In this document: positions 26,353 through 34,575 of the stretch, piece after piece | Position numbering within the stretch: position 1 is the first letter of the stretch | Layout: each line of letters begins with the position of its first letter | Source of the DNA: Acidobacteriota bacterium | GTDB lineage: Bacteria > Acidobacteriota > Vicinamibacteria > Vicinamibacterales > UBA2999 | Assembly: GCA_031364805.1 (NCBI GenBank) | Contig: JANLWW010000144.1 | Span: 1,964-65,963, forward strand | DNA: 64,000 nucleotides | Direction: 5' to 3' | The notes under the pieces: model-generated | The model's database searches: none | Seen by the model: the letters and a program-made list of their open reading frames with translations, nothing else | What the model was told of the DNA's origin: nothing | Translations under genes and position numbers: made by a program

Positions 26353-27341
26353 TCCTCGACGACACTCAAACCGGTGGTTTCGATCTGGAAGTCGAGCACG
26401 CTGGCACCGCCGCCGGCGAAAGCCTCGCGCACGGCGGCCACCTGGTCGGGCGGGGCGATGCAGAACAGGCATCCACCGCCGCCTGCACCACACACCTTGG
26501 CGCCTTGTGCGCCGGCGGCCATGGCACGCGCGACCAGCGCGTCAATCGCCGGCGTCGTCACGCCCGGCGCCAGGCGCTTGCGGTTCTCCCATTCGGTCGC
26601 CAGGCAACGCGCGGTGGTCTCCCAGTCGCCCTGGACGAGCGCTGCGCGCATGGCCGCGGCGGTGTCACGAATGCGCTCGAAGCAGTCGAAGACATGGCGG
26701 TCGCCGTCGATGTGACGCTTGGTGATGTCCCAGTTGTTGGTGCCCGAGTTGCGCGGTTCGCCGGTGTAGCACAGGACGAGGCGCTGTTGCAGCTCCAGGG
26801 GGTCGACGTCCAGCGGGACCCGGACCGGGCGCCCAGCCTCCAGTTCGAGAGCGGCAATCCCGCCGTACATCGCAGGACGATAGTCCTGAAGACCCGTGGG
26901 CACATGAATGACCTGCGCTTCCACGTCCTTGGCCACGTCCATCAGGAAGTCGGGGTCGAGGTCTTCGCCCCTGAAGCGCGCGAGCGCGCCACAGATCGCG
27001 ATGTTCAGCGCCGACGAGCCGGCGAGGCCGGCCCCGGCCGGCGACTCGCCGCGCGTGGTGAGGCGTAACCCGCGCCCGCCGAAACGGTGGACCAGCCGTC
27101 CCAGCAGCGGGAGCGTGTCATCAGCGCTGAGCTGATCGGCTGGCAGGTTCACCATGCGGTCGGTGTCTTCGGAGACGAGCTCGATGCGATCGTCGGGCCG
27201 CCGTTCAATCCACGCGTGGGCGCGCAGGCTGATGGCGACATGCAGCGTCTGGGCGCCGGGGTGAAAAAGGTAGAGCGGCCAGATGTCGATGGTGCCGCCT
27301 GCCAGATCAATTCGTGTCGGAGCCGACGCTGAGATTCGCAC
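26349..27341 (-). CDS. GHMP-family sugar kinase (HddA/fucokinase-like)
   Basis: N-terminus VRISASAPTRIDLAGGTID, GHMP motif II PAGAGLAGSSAL, motif III KVCGAGGGGC. GTG 27341 chosen; the ORF-track start at 27620 adds 93 non-homologous residues that overlap nagZ. Confidence 0.8.
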   Translation of the reverse strand: MRISASAPTRIDLAGGTIDIWPLYLFHPGAQTLHVAISLRAHAWIERRPDDRIELVSEDTDRMVNLPADQLSADDTLPLLGRLVHRFGGRGLRLTTRGESPAGAGLAGSSALNIAICGALARFRGEDLDPDFLMDVAKDVEAQVIHVPTGLQDYRPAMYGGIAALELEAGRPVRVPLDVDPLELQQRLVLCYTGEPRNSGTNNWDITKRHIDGDRHVFDCFERIRDTAAAMRAALVQGDWETTARCLATEWENRKRLAPGVTTPAIDALVARAMAAGAQGAKVCGAGGGGCLFCIAPPDQVAAVREAFAGGGASVLDFQIETTGLSVVEE

Positions 27342-27346
27342 GACGC

Positions 27347-27356
27347 AATTATAATT
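27347..27356. promoter_or_regulatory. 10-bp palindrome AATTATAATT that reads TATAAT on both strands in a 26-bp divergent spacer
   Basis: Plus strand: TATAAT 27350..27355, 12 nt before ATG 27368 (nagZ). Minus strand: TATAAT 27353..27348, 6 nt before GTG 27341 (GHMP kinase). Confidence 0.45.
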
Positions 27357-27367
27357 CCCAGAACGCC

Positions 27368-28468
27368 ATGCCCTTAGCCTCGAGACGCGACATCGGCCAG
27401 TTCCTGATCGGCAGCATTCCAGATCGCACCATGCCAGTGGAGATGCGGTCGCTGGCCAGGGAGTTTGACCTCGGCGGCGTGATTCTGTTCGGCCGCAACA
27501 TCGAAGCGCCCGAGCAGGTGGCCGAGTTGGCGGCGGAAAGTGAAGCGCTTGGCCGCGTGATGCCCGCCTGGGTGAGCGTGGACCAGGAAGGTGGACGCGT
27601 CGCCCGGTTGAAGGAGCCATTCACCAAGTGGCCGCCCATGGCGACCCTGGGCAGGGCCGGCAGCGAGGGCGACAGCCTCGCCGAACGGTTCGCGACGGCG
27701 CTGGCGGGCGAGTTGAGGGCGGTTGGCATCACGCTGGACTATGCGCCAGTCCTGGACATTCACACCAACCCGAAGAATCCGGTGATTGGCGACCGCGCGT
27801 TGGCCGAACGCGGCGAGGATGTGGCGCGCCTGGGCCGCGTGATCATCAGGGCGCTCCAGGCGTCTGGCGTCGCTGCTTGCGGTAAGCATTTCCCCGGCCA
27901 CGGCGACACCAGCACCGATTCCCACTTTGAGTTGCCACTGGTCGAGCTCCCTCCCGACCGGCTGCGGGCGATCGAATTCGAACCGTTTCGCGCGGCCATC
28001 GCCGAGAAAGTCGCGTTCATCATGACCGCCCACGTGTTGGTGCCGGCCTTCGATGAAGAGCGCCCGTCCACCCTCTCGGGCAAGGTGGTGCAGGCGCTGC
28101 TGCGCGACGAGCTGGGGTTTGAAGGCGTGATTCTCAGCGACGATCTCGAGATGAAGGCCGTCAGTGCCCGATATCCGGTTCCGGAATCGGCCGTCGAGGC
28201 CATTCGAGCAGGATGCGACGGCGTTCTCATTTGCAGCGGCGATCTCGATCTGCAGGCTCGCACGCTGGAAGCGCTCGTCCGGGCCGTCGAGTCCGGGGTA
28301 ATCAGCGCCGCTCGGTTTGACGATGCGTTCCTGAGGCTGCGGCGGGCAAAGGATCGATTCCTGATAGGCGAGCGGCCGGGGGCATCGCGCCGTATTCGCG
28401 ACCTGCGCCAGGTGCTGGGACGCGAAGAGCACCAGGTGGTCGCCGCTCAGATGGCGGCGTTCTTGTGA
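27368..28468 (+). CDS. nagZ: Beta-N-acetylhexosaminidase (GH3)
   Basis: VSVDQEGGRV and KHFPGHGDT motifs. ATG 27368 preferred over GTG 27314, which would overlap the divergent kinase gene. Confidence 0.9.
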   Translation: MPLASRRDIGQFLIGSIPDRTMPVEMRSLAREFDLGGVILFGRNIEAPEQVAELAAESEALGRVMPAWVSVDQEGGRVARLKEPFTKWPPMATLGRAGSEGDSLAERFATALAGELRAVGITLDYAPVLDIHTNPKNPVIGDRALAERGEDVARLGRVIIRALQASGVAACGKHFPGHGDTSTDSHFELPLVELPPDRLRAIEFEPFRAAIAEKVAFIMTAHVLVPAFDEERPSTLSGKVVQALLRDELGFEGVILSDDLEMKAVSARYPVPESAVEAIRAGCDGVLICSGDLDLQARTLEALVRAVESGVISAARFDDAFLRLRRAKDRFLIGERPGASRRIRDLRQVLGREEHQVVAAQMAAFL

Positions 28469-29385
28469 TTCGGTTGCGCCGATTGAAGCCGGGTGATCGT
28501 GTGGCGCTCGTGGCGCCCGCCAGCTCGTTTCCTCCCGAAGAGGTGCCCGCCGGCGTGGCGGAGCTGATGCGGCTCGGCCTCGAGGCCGTCTGGGTCGATG
28601 GGATCTTCGACAAGTCGACCTTCGAAGCCGGGTCAGTCGCGACCCGCGTCGACGGGATTCTCAGCGCCTGGCGGGACCCCGACATCGCCGCGCTGATCGC
28701 GATTCGAGGCGGATATGGCAGCGCGCAACTGCTGCCGTTTCTTGATCCCAAGGAACTGCTCGCGTCGAGAAAAGCCCTGATCGGCTACAGCGACATCACC
28801 TCGCTCCTCAATCTCTATGTGCGGCACGGTCTGCCCGCGATCCACGGACCCATGGTCGATCGGCGGCTGTCGAGGGGGCCCTCCGCGTACGACGTCGACT
28901 CATTCCGGCGCGTGCTGATGCAGGCCGAACCGGCTGGCGCCTTCCTCCCGCCGCAGCTCGAGACCCTGCAGGCGGGCACGGGAACAGGCGTGATGGTCGG
29001 AGGCACACTGACGCAGCTGATGGCGTCGATGGGCACCCCGTGGCAGTTCGACCCGCCAAATGGAGCCGTCCTCTTTCTCGAAGACATTGGCGAGCGGCCG
29101 TATCGCATTCACCGTTTGCTGACGCAGGCAGCACAGGCCGGCCTCTTTGCCAACGCGACGGCGATCGTGTTTGGCGAGTTTCCCGGCTGCGATGAGGCTG
29201 GCGGTGAGCCGGCGATTCGCGACGTCCTGCGCGACTTCACCGCGGAGTTTCGTGGGCCCGTGTTGTTCAATTTTCCATCGGGCCACACCAGCGGGCCGAC
29301 GTGGACGCTGCCGTTCGGCGTGCGCGCCGAGGTCGTGGGCGGGCCGTCTCCGGTTGTCCGGGTGCTTGAAGCGGCGGTTGAATAA
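28465..29385 (+). CDS. ldcA: LD-carboxypeptidase (peptidase S66, muramoyltetrapeptide carboxypeptidase)
   Basis: LKPGDRVALVAPAS.., IRGGYGS, GYSDITSL and FPSGH motifs. GTGA overlap upstream. Confidence 0.9.
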   Translation: MIRLRRLKPGDRVALVAPASSFPPEEVPAGVAELMRLGLEAVWVDGIFDKSTFEAGSVATRVDGILSAWRDPDIAALIAIRGGYGSAQLLPFLDPKELLASRKALIGYSDITSLLNLYVRHGLPAIHGPMVDRRLSRGPSAYDVDSFRRVLMQAEPAGAFLPPQLETLQAGTGTGVMVGGTLTQLMASMGTPWQFDPPNGAVLFLEDIGERPYRIHRLLTQAAQAGLFANATAIVFGEFPGCDEAGGEPAIRDVLRDFTAEFRGPVLFNFPSGHTSGPTWTLPFGVRAEVVGGPSPVVRVLEAAVE

Positions 29386-30779
29386 TGGCGCGTATTCACC
29401 TGATCGGCGTCTGTGGCACGGCGATGGCCACACTGGCTGCGCTTCTGAAGCACGGGGGTAACGACGTCAGCGGGTCTGACGAGCACGTTTATCCCCCGAT
29501 GAGCGACTTTCTGGCCGCCGAGGGCATTACTGTCCTGGCAGGGTATCGGGCTGAGCACGTCGCCGGTGCCATCGATCTGGTCGTCATCGGCAACGCGATC
29601 TCGCGCGGCAACCCTGAACTTGAGGCCGTGCTCGATCGCAACCTGCGATACACCTCGCTGCCTGAGGCCATTCGAGATCAGTGGCTCTGGAATGCGCAAT
29701 CGATCGTGATTGCGGGTACCCACGGCAAGACCACGACGACCTCGTTGACCGGCTGGCTGCTGACGGCGGCCGGTGCCGACCCCACGGTGCTGGTTGGCGG
29801 CATCGCTCGCAACTTCGGCCGCGACGGCGCCAGCTATCGTGTCGGCAAGGGCAAGGCGTTCGTGATCGAAGGCGATGAGTACGACAGCGCTTATTTCGAC
29901 AAGACTGCCAAGTTCCTGAAGTACCTGCCCGACATCGCCGTCGTCAACAACATCGAGTTCGACCATGCGGATATCTACGCCAACCTGGACGAAGTGCGTC
30001 TGGCTTTCAAGCGGCTGGTGAACCTGGTGCCGCGCAGCGGCTTGACGCTGCTCGGAATCGATAGTCCAGACGCTGCGGCCCTCGCCCCTCTCGTCCGCAG
30101 CAGGGTGCAGACGTTTGGCCTGGCAGAGTCGGCCGGCTGGCGCGCTGTGGACGTGACCAGCGGCGCCGACACCGCGTTCACCATCGTGCAGGGCACACGG
30201 GACCATGGCCGGTTCCGCATGGGGATGCTGGGCGAACACAACGTCCGAAACGCCCTGGCCGCGATCGCGGTCGGGGCAGAACTGGGTCTCCCGATCGATG
30301 CACTCAGGGAGGGCCTGGCGGCCTTCGCCGGCGTCAAGCGGCGGCTCGAGGTCGTTGGCGAGGTCCGCGGGATCACGGTTTACGACGATTTTGCCCACCA
30401 TCCCACGGCTGTCGAGGAAACGCTCAAGGCGTTGCGGCGTTCGGTGGGCGCGCGGCGCATTTGGGCGATCTTCGAGCCACGCTCGGCTTCGTCGTGCCGC
30501 CGCGTATTTCAGGCCGACTTCGCCCGCGCATTCTCGGGCGCGGACGAGGTCGTGCTCGCGTCAATCTTTCGCTCGAGTCTGCCGGCCGAGGAGCGGTTGT
30601 CAGAGGCGACCCTGGTGGACGATCTGCGATCGCGGCACGTCGCGGCCCGTCACCTGTCCACTGTGGACGCGATCGTGGGGGCCGTCGCGGCGGAAGCACG
30701 CGATGGTGACGTCATCGTGGTGATGTCGAATGGCGGCTTTGGTGGTATTCACGGCAAGCTGCTGGGCGCGTTGCAATGA
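29385..30779 (+). CDS. mpl: UDP-N-acetylmuramate:L-alanyl-gamma-D-glutamyl-meso-diaminopimelate ligase
   Basis: MARIHLIGVCGTAMATLAALL..SGSD..YPPMS N-terminus typical of Mpl, plus the Mur ligase P-loop GTHGKTTTT. Confidence 0.92.
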   Translation: MARIHLIGVCGTAMATLAALLKHGGNDVSGSDEHVYPPMSDFLAAEGITVLAGYRAEHVAGAIDLVVIGNAISRGNPELEAVLDRNLRYTSLPEAIRDQWLWNAQSIVIAGTHGKTTTTSLTGWLLTAAGADPTVLVGGIARNFGRDGASYRVGKGKAFVIEGDEYDSAYFDKTAKFLKYLPDIAVVNNIEFDHADIYANLDEVRLAFKRLVNLVPRSGLTLLGIDSPDAAALAPLVRSRVQTFGLAESAGWRAVDVTSGADTAFTIVQGTRDHGRFRMGMLGEHNVRNALAAIAVGAELGLPIDALREGLAAFAGVKRRLEVVGEVRGITVYDDFAHHPTAVEETLKALRRSVGARRIWAIFEPRSASSCRRVFQADFARAFSGADEVVLASIFRSSLPAEERLSEATLVDDLRSRHVAARHLSTVDAIVGAVAAEARDGDVIVVMSNGGFGGIHGKLLGALQ

Positions 30780-31435
30780 GGATCCGAGAGTGCGGCGATT
30801 CCATGTTGCTGGTCGAGTTCGAGCCAGCGATCGATCCGGCGGTGAACGAGCGTGCGATCGCCTTGGCGTCCCGGCTTCGTGATCGTCGCTTTCCGGGCGT
30901 GCGCGATGTCGCGCCCGGCTATTGCACGGTCGGCGTGCATTTCGATCCCTTGCAGACCGACCTTCGGGGACTCGAGGCGGCGATCGCGTCTTACACGATG
31001 GGCTTCGACGGCATCGAGGCACTGCCCGCGCGCCCGCCGCTCGAGATCGGCGTGCACTACGGTGGGGAAGACGGCCCCGACCTTGATGCCGTAGCCGCAC
31101 TCGCCGGTTGTTCGCCCGCGAAGGTGATCGACCTTCACGCCTCGCAGACGTATCGTGTTTACATGCTCGGCTTCGTCCCCGGCTTCGCTTACATGGGTCG
31201 GGTCGCCCCCCAGATTGCGGCGCCTCGGCACCGGATGCCGCGCGAGCGAGTGCCTGCAGGCTCGGTCGGGATTGCGGGCCAGCAAACCGGCGTCTACCCG
31301 GTGGCAAGTCCGGGGGGCTGGCAGTTGATTGGCCGAACCTCTTGCGTGATGTTCGACGCTGGCCGCGCGAAGCCCAGCCTGTTGGCGCCTGGCGACCTTG
31401 TGCGATTCGTGCCGCTGCCGGCCCGGGTGTCATGA
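30776..31435 (+). CDS. pxpB: 5-oxoprolinase subunit B-like protein (KipI / allophanate hydrolase subunit 1 family)
   Basis: Family pattern: GDSMLLVEF.., PGYCTVGVHFDP, GFVPGFAYMG and GQQTGVYP. Confidence 0.85.
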   Translation: MRIRECGDSMLLVEFEPAIDPAVNERAIALASRLRDRRFPGVRDVAPGYCTVGVHFDPLQTDLRGLEAAIASYTMGFDGIEALPARPPLEIGVHYGGEDGPDLDAVAALAGCSPAKVIDLHASQTYRVYMLGFVPGFAYMGRVAPQIAAPRHRMPRERVPAGSVGIAGQQTGVYPVASPGGWQLIGRTSCVMFDAGRAKPSLLAPGDLVRFVPLPARVS

Positions 31436-32382
31436 GTCTGGGCGCACTCCAAATCGTGAGGCCCGGCCTGCTGACTTCAGTCCAGGATCTCGGGCGCTAT
31501 GGCCATCAGGATGTGGGTGTGCCGGTCGCGGGTCCCATGGACGCCTTCTCGCATCGTTTGGCGAACCAGTTGGTCGGCAACGACGCCGATGCCGCGACGC
31601 TCGAGGTCACCCTGATCGGCCCGGAGATTCTGATCGACGCCGAGACCACCGTCGCGATCGTGGGAGCGGTATTTGAGGTGACATGCGAGGGGCGCCCGGT
31701 GCCGCTGGGGGTATCGTTCGCGGTGCAACGCGGCCAGCGCTTGAAGTTTGGCCGCCTCATTCAGGGCGCGCGTGCGTATCTCGGCGTCGCTGGCGGAGTC
31801 CTCACCGCCAGCGTGCTGGGCAGTCGCGCGACGCATCTTGTCAGCGCCATGGGCGGCCTGGACGGCCGTGCGTTGCGGTCGGGCGATCGCCTGCCCGTGT
31901 TAGCGTGTCCGGTTCCACGGTCGTCGCGCAAGGCGGTCGGGCTGACGCTGCCGACCGGCCGCCGGGCCCGGCTGCGGATCGTGCCCGGGCCCCAGGACGA
32001 CTGGTTCCGTGCGGAGGCGCTCACGACCGTCGCGGGTGTCAGCTTTAGAATCTCACCGCGCTCCAATCGCATGGGCTATCGGCTGGAAGGTCCGCCGCTC
32101 GAACGCGTGCGCGACGGGGAGCTGATCTCCGAACCAGTCGGCATGGGGGCCATCCAGGTTCCAGGTGCCGGGGAACCGATCCTGCTGATGGCCGACCGAC
32201 AGACTGCCGGAGGATATCCGAAGATTGGTCACGTGATTTCAGCCGACCTGCCGATCGCCGGGCAACTGGCGCCTGGTGACTTCATTGAGTTCATCCTCTG
32301 CTCGCGCCAAGAAGCCGTTGCGGCGCTGATTGCGCGCGAACGGCAACTGCTGCGCTTCGCCGACCTGAAGGACGCATCGTGA
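31432..32382 (+). CDS. pxpC: 5-oxoprolinase subunit C-like protein (KipA / allophanate hydrolase subunit 2 family)
   Basis: LQIVRPGLLTSVQDLGRYGHQDVGVPVAGPMD and QTAGGYPKIGHVISADL. ATGA overlap with pxpB. The ORF-track start at 31108 is an over-extension. Confidence 0.85.
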   Translation: MSLGALQIVRPGLLTSVQDLGRYGHQDVGVPVAGPMDAFSHRLANQLVGNDADAATLEVTLIGPEILIDAETTVAIVGAVFEVTCEGRPVPLGVSFAVQRGQRLKFGRLIQGARAYLGVAGGVLTASVLGSRATHLVSAMGGLDGRALRSGDRLPVLACPVPRSSRKAVGLTLPTGRRARLRIVPGPQDDWFRAEALTTVAGVSFRISPRSNRMGYRLEGPPLERVRDGELISEPVGMGAIQVPGAGEPILLMADRQTAGGYPKIGHVISADLPIAGQLAPGDFIEFILCSRQEAVAALIARERQLLRFADLKDAS

Positions 32383-33317
32383 GCCAGCTGGTTGCCGCTC
32401 TGTCGGAAGCGTTTGGTGCCGACCGCATCAAGATCGATGCGCCGCTGGCGCCGCTGACGACGTTCAAGGTGGGCGGGCCGGCCGATGTGCTGTTCGAGCC
32501 GGTGAATGTGGAAGAAATCCTGAAGGCCCTGACGGTTGCCAGGGCCTCGGGAGAGCCTGCCACGATGCTGGGCGGTGGCTCGAACGTTCTCGTCTCTGAT
32601 GCCGGTATTCGCGGGCTCGTGATTCGGCCGAGAGGGGGCTCAGTGAATGCCGTTGGCGATCGCCTGGTCCGGGCCGATGCCGCCATGACCATCAACGGGC
32701 TGGTGCGCTGGACGATCAATCGTGGCTACGCAGGACTCGAGGCCTGGGCCGGCACGCCGGGGACAGTGGGCGGCGCGGTCTTCGGCAACGCGCATTGGAA
32801 GAAGACCAATTTCGGCGACCTCATTGACAGCGTGCGACTCGTGAAGCCGGACGGCACGTTGCTACAGGTGCCGGCCGATCGCATGGAATTTGACTACGAC
32901 TACAGCCGGTTGAAACGGACCGGGGAGATTGCGTTGTGGGCGGCCCTTCGAGTGACCGCCGGTGGCAATCCCGCCGCGTTGCGCCTGGTCGCGCGAGCGT
33001 CGCTCGGGTTCCGCAAGAAGACGCAGCCGCTGGAATCGCCGAGCGCCGGCTGTATTTTCATGAATCCCGACCCATCACGGGACCAGGTGCCGGAAGGCAT
33101 TCCGCCGTCGGCCGGCGCACTGGTCGATCGGGCAGGGTTGAAGGGGGCCGCGTTCGGCGGCGCTCGAGTATCGCCCACGCACGCGAATTTCGTGATTAAC
33201 GACGGCACGGCGACCGCTGCCGACATCAAGACGCTGATTGAGCAGTGCCGCTCGGCGGTGAAAGAACGCTTCGGCGTCTCCCTGCAAGATGAGATCATCC
33301 GCCTAGGAAAATTCTGA
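32379..33317 (+). CDS. murB: UDP-N-acetylenolpyruvoylglucosamine reductase
   Basis: FAD-binding PLAPLTTFKVGGPAD, GGGSN.L, and the C-terminal SAGCIF.NP motif. Confidence 0.93.
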   Translation: MSQLVAALSEAFGADRIKIDAPLAPLTTFKVGGPADVLFEPVNVEEILKALTVARASGEPATMLGGGSNVLVSDAGIRGLVIRPRGGSVNAVGDRLVRADAAMTINGLVRWTINRGYAGLEAWAGTPGTVGGAVFGNAHWKKTNFGDLIDSVRLVKPDGTLLQVPADRMEFDYDYSRLKRTGEIALWAALRVTAGGNPAALRLVARASLGFRKKTQPLESPSAGCIFMNPDPSRDQVPEGIPPSAGALVDRAGLKGAAFGGARVSPTHANFVINDGTATAADIKTLIEQCRSAVKERFGVSLQDEIIRLGKF

Positions 33318-33321
33318 ACCC

Positions 33322-34575
33322 ATGTCTACATTGGTAATTGAAGGCGGCCATCGGATCGAGGGCCGGATCGACGTCGAGGGCAACAAGAACGCCGCGCTGC
33401 CGCTGATGGCGGCGTGCCTGTTGACGAGTGAATGGTGCACGCTGCGCAACATGCCTCGCATTGCCGATGTCGAGGTCATGGCCAGGTTGCTGCTCGATGT
33501 GGGCGCCGAGGTCGAAGGCATTGGCAGCACGACGCTGCGCATTCGCTGCACTGAGGTGACCAAGGACGAGCCCGACAGCGGCCTGGTCGGCCGGTTGCGC
33601 GGGTCGGTGCTGCTGCTCGGGCCGCTGCTAGCCCGGCGCGGCCGCGCGATTGTCGCGCCACCCGGTGGCGACTTTCCCGCGCGCCGCACCATCAAGACCC
33701 ACCTCGAGGCGCTGATTGCCATGGGCGCCCACATCGTCCCAGGTGCGGGCCATCGCTTGGAGAGCCCGAACGGCCTGAAACCCGCGTCGATCTACCTTGA
33801 CGAAGCGTCGGTCACCGGCACCGAAACCGCATTGCTCGCGGCCGCGGCCGCGATCGGCGTTTCTGAACTGCGCCACGCCGCCTGCGAGCCGCATGTGGTC
33901 GAACTCTGCGAGTTCCTGCGTGCGATGGGCGTAGGCGTGAGCGGGGAGGGTTCGCACACCATTCGTATCGAAGGCATCGGCAAGCGCGCTGGTGCGGAGA
34001 AGACGCTCTACGGCGACTACATCGAAGCCGGTAGCTGGGCGGTGACCGGGGCGATCACCGGTGGCCACGTCGAAGTCGGTGGCACGCGACCGGTCGACAT
34101 GGAAGTGGTGGCCGCCGTACTGGCCAAGATGAACGTGCAGTGCGTGCAGGATAACGACGTCTTTCGAGTCGAATCAGCGAAGCTGACGGGCGCGGGCCGC
34201 ATCACGACCGGCTTGTGGCCGAGTTTCCCGAGCGATCTGGTGAGCCTGGTCACGGTGTTGGCGACGCAAGCGGAAGGCGCCACCCTGGTGCACGATTGGC
34301 TCTACGAACTGCGGTTGTTTGCCTTGGAGCAGATGAGCGGCATGGGCGCGGATCTGTTCCTGTGCGATCCGCACCGAATCATCGTGACCGGTCCGCGCAA
34401 ATTGCGCGGCAAGAGCCTCGACAGCCGTGACATTCGCTCGGGCATGGCGTTGATCGCCGCCGCCCTTGCCGCTGACGGGCAGAGCAGGGTCGAGCCACTC
34501 GAAACGGTAGAGCGGGGCTACAGCCGATTGGTGGAGCGCTTGCAGAAGCTGGGCGCGTCGGTCGCGCGAGTCTAA
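33322..34575 (+). CDS. murA: UDP-N-acetylglucosamine 1-carboxyvinyltransferase
   Basis: VEGNKNAALPLMAACLL.. and the EPSP/MurA fold pattern throughout. Confidence 0.95.
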   Translation: MSTLVIEGGHRIEGRIDVEGNKNAALPLMAACLLTSEWCTLRNMPRIADVEVMARLLLDVGAEVEGIGSTTLRIRCTEVTKDEPDSGLVGRLRGSVLLLGPLLARRGRAIVAPPGGDFPARRTIKTHLEALIAMGAHIVPGAGHRLESPNGLKPASIYLDEASVTGTETALLAAAAAIGVSELRHAACEPHVVELCEFLRAMGVGVSGEGSHTIRIEGIGKRAGAEKTLYGDYIEAGSWAVTGAITGGHVEVGGTRPVDMEVVAAVLAKMNVQCVQDNDVFRVESAKLTGAGRITTGLWPSFPSDLVSLVTVLATQAEGATLVHDWLYELRLFALEQMSGMGADLFLCDPHRIIVTGPRKLRGKSLDSRDIRSGMALIAAALAADGQSRVEPLETVERGYSRLVERLQKLGASVARV

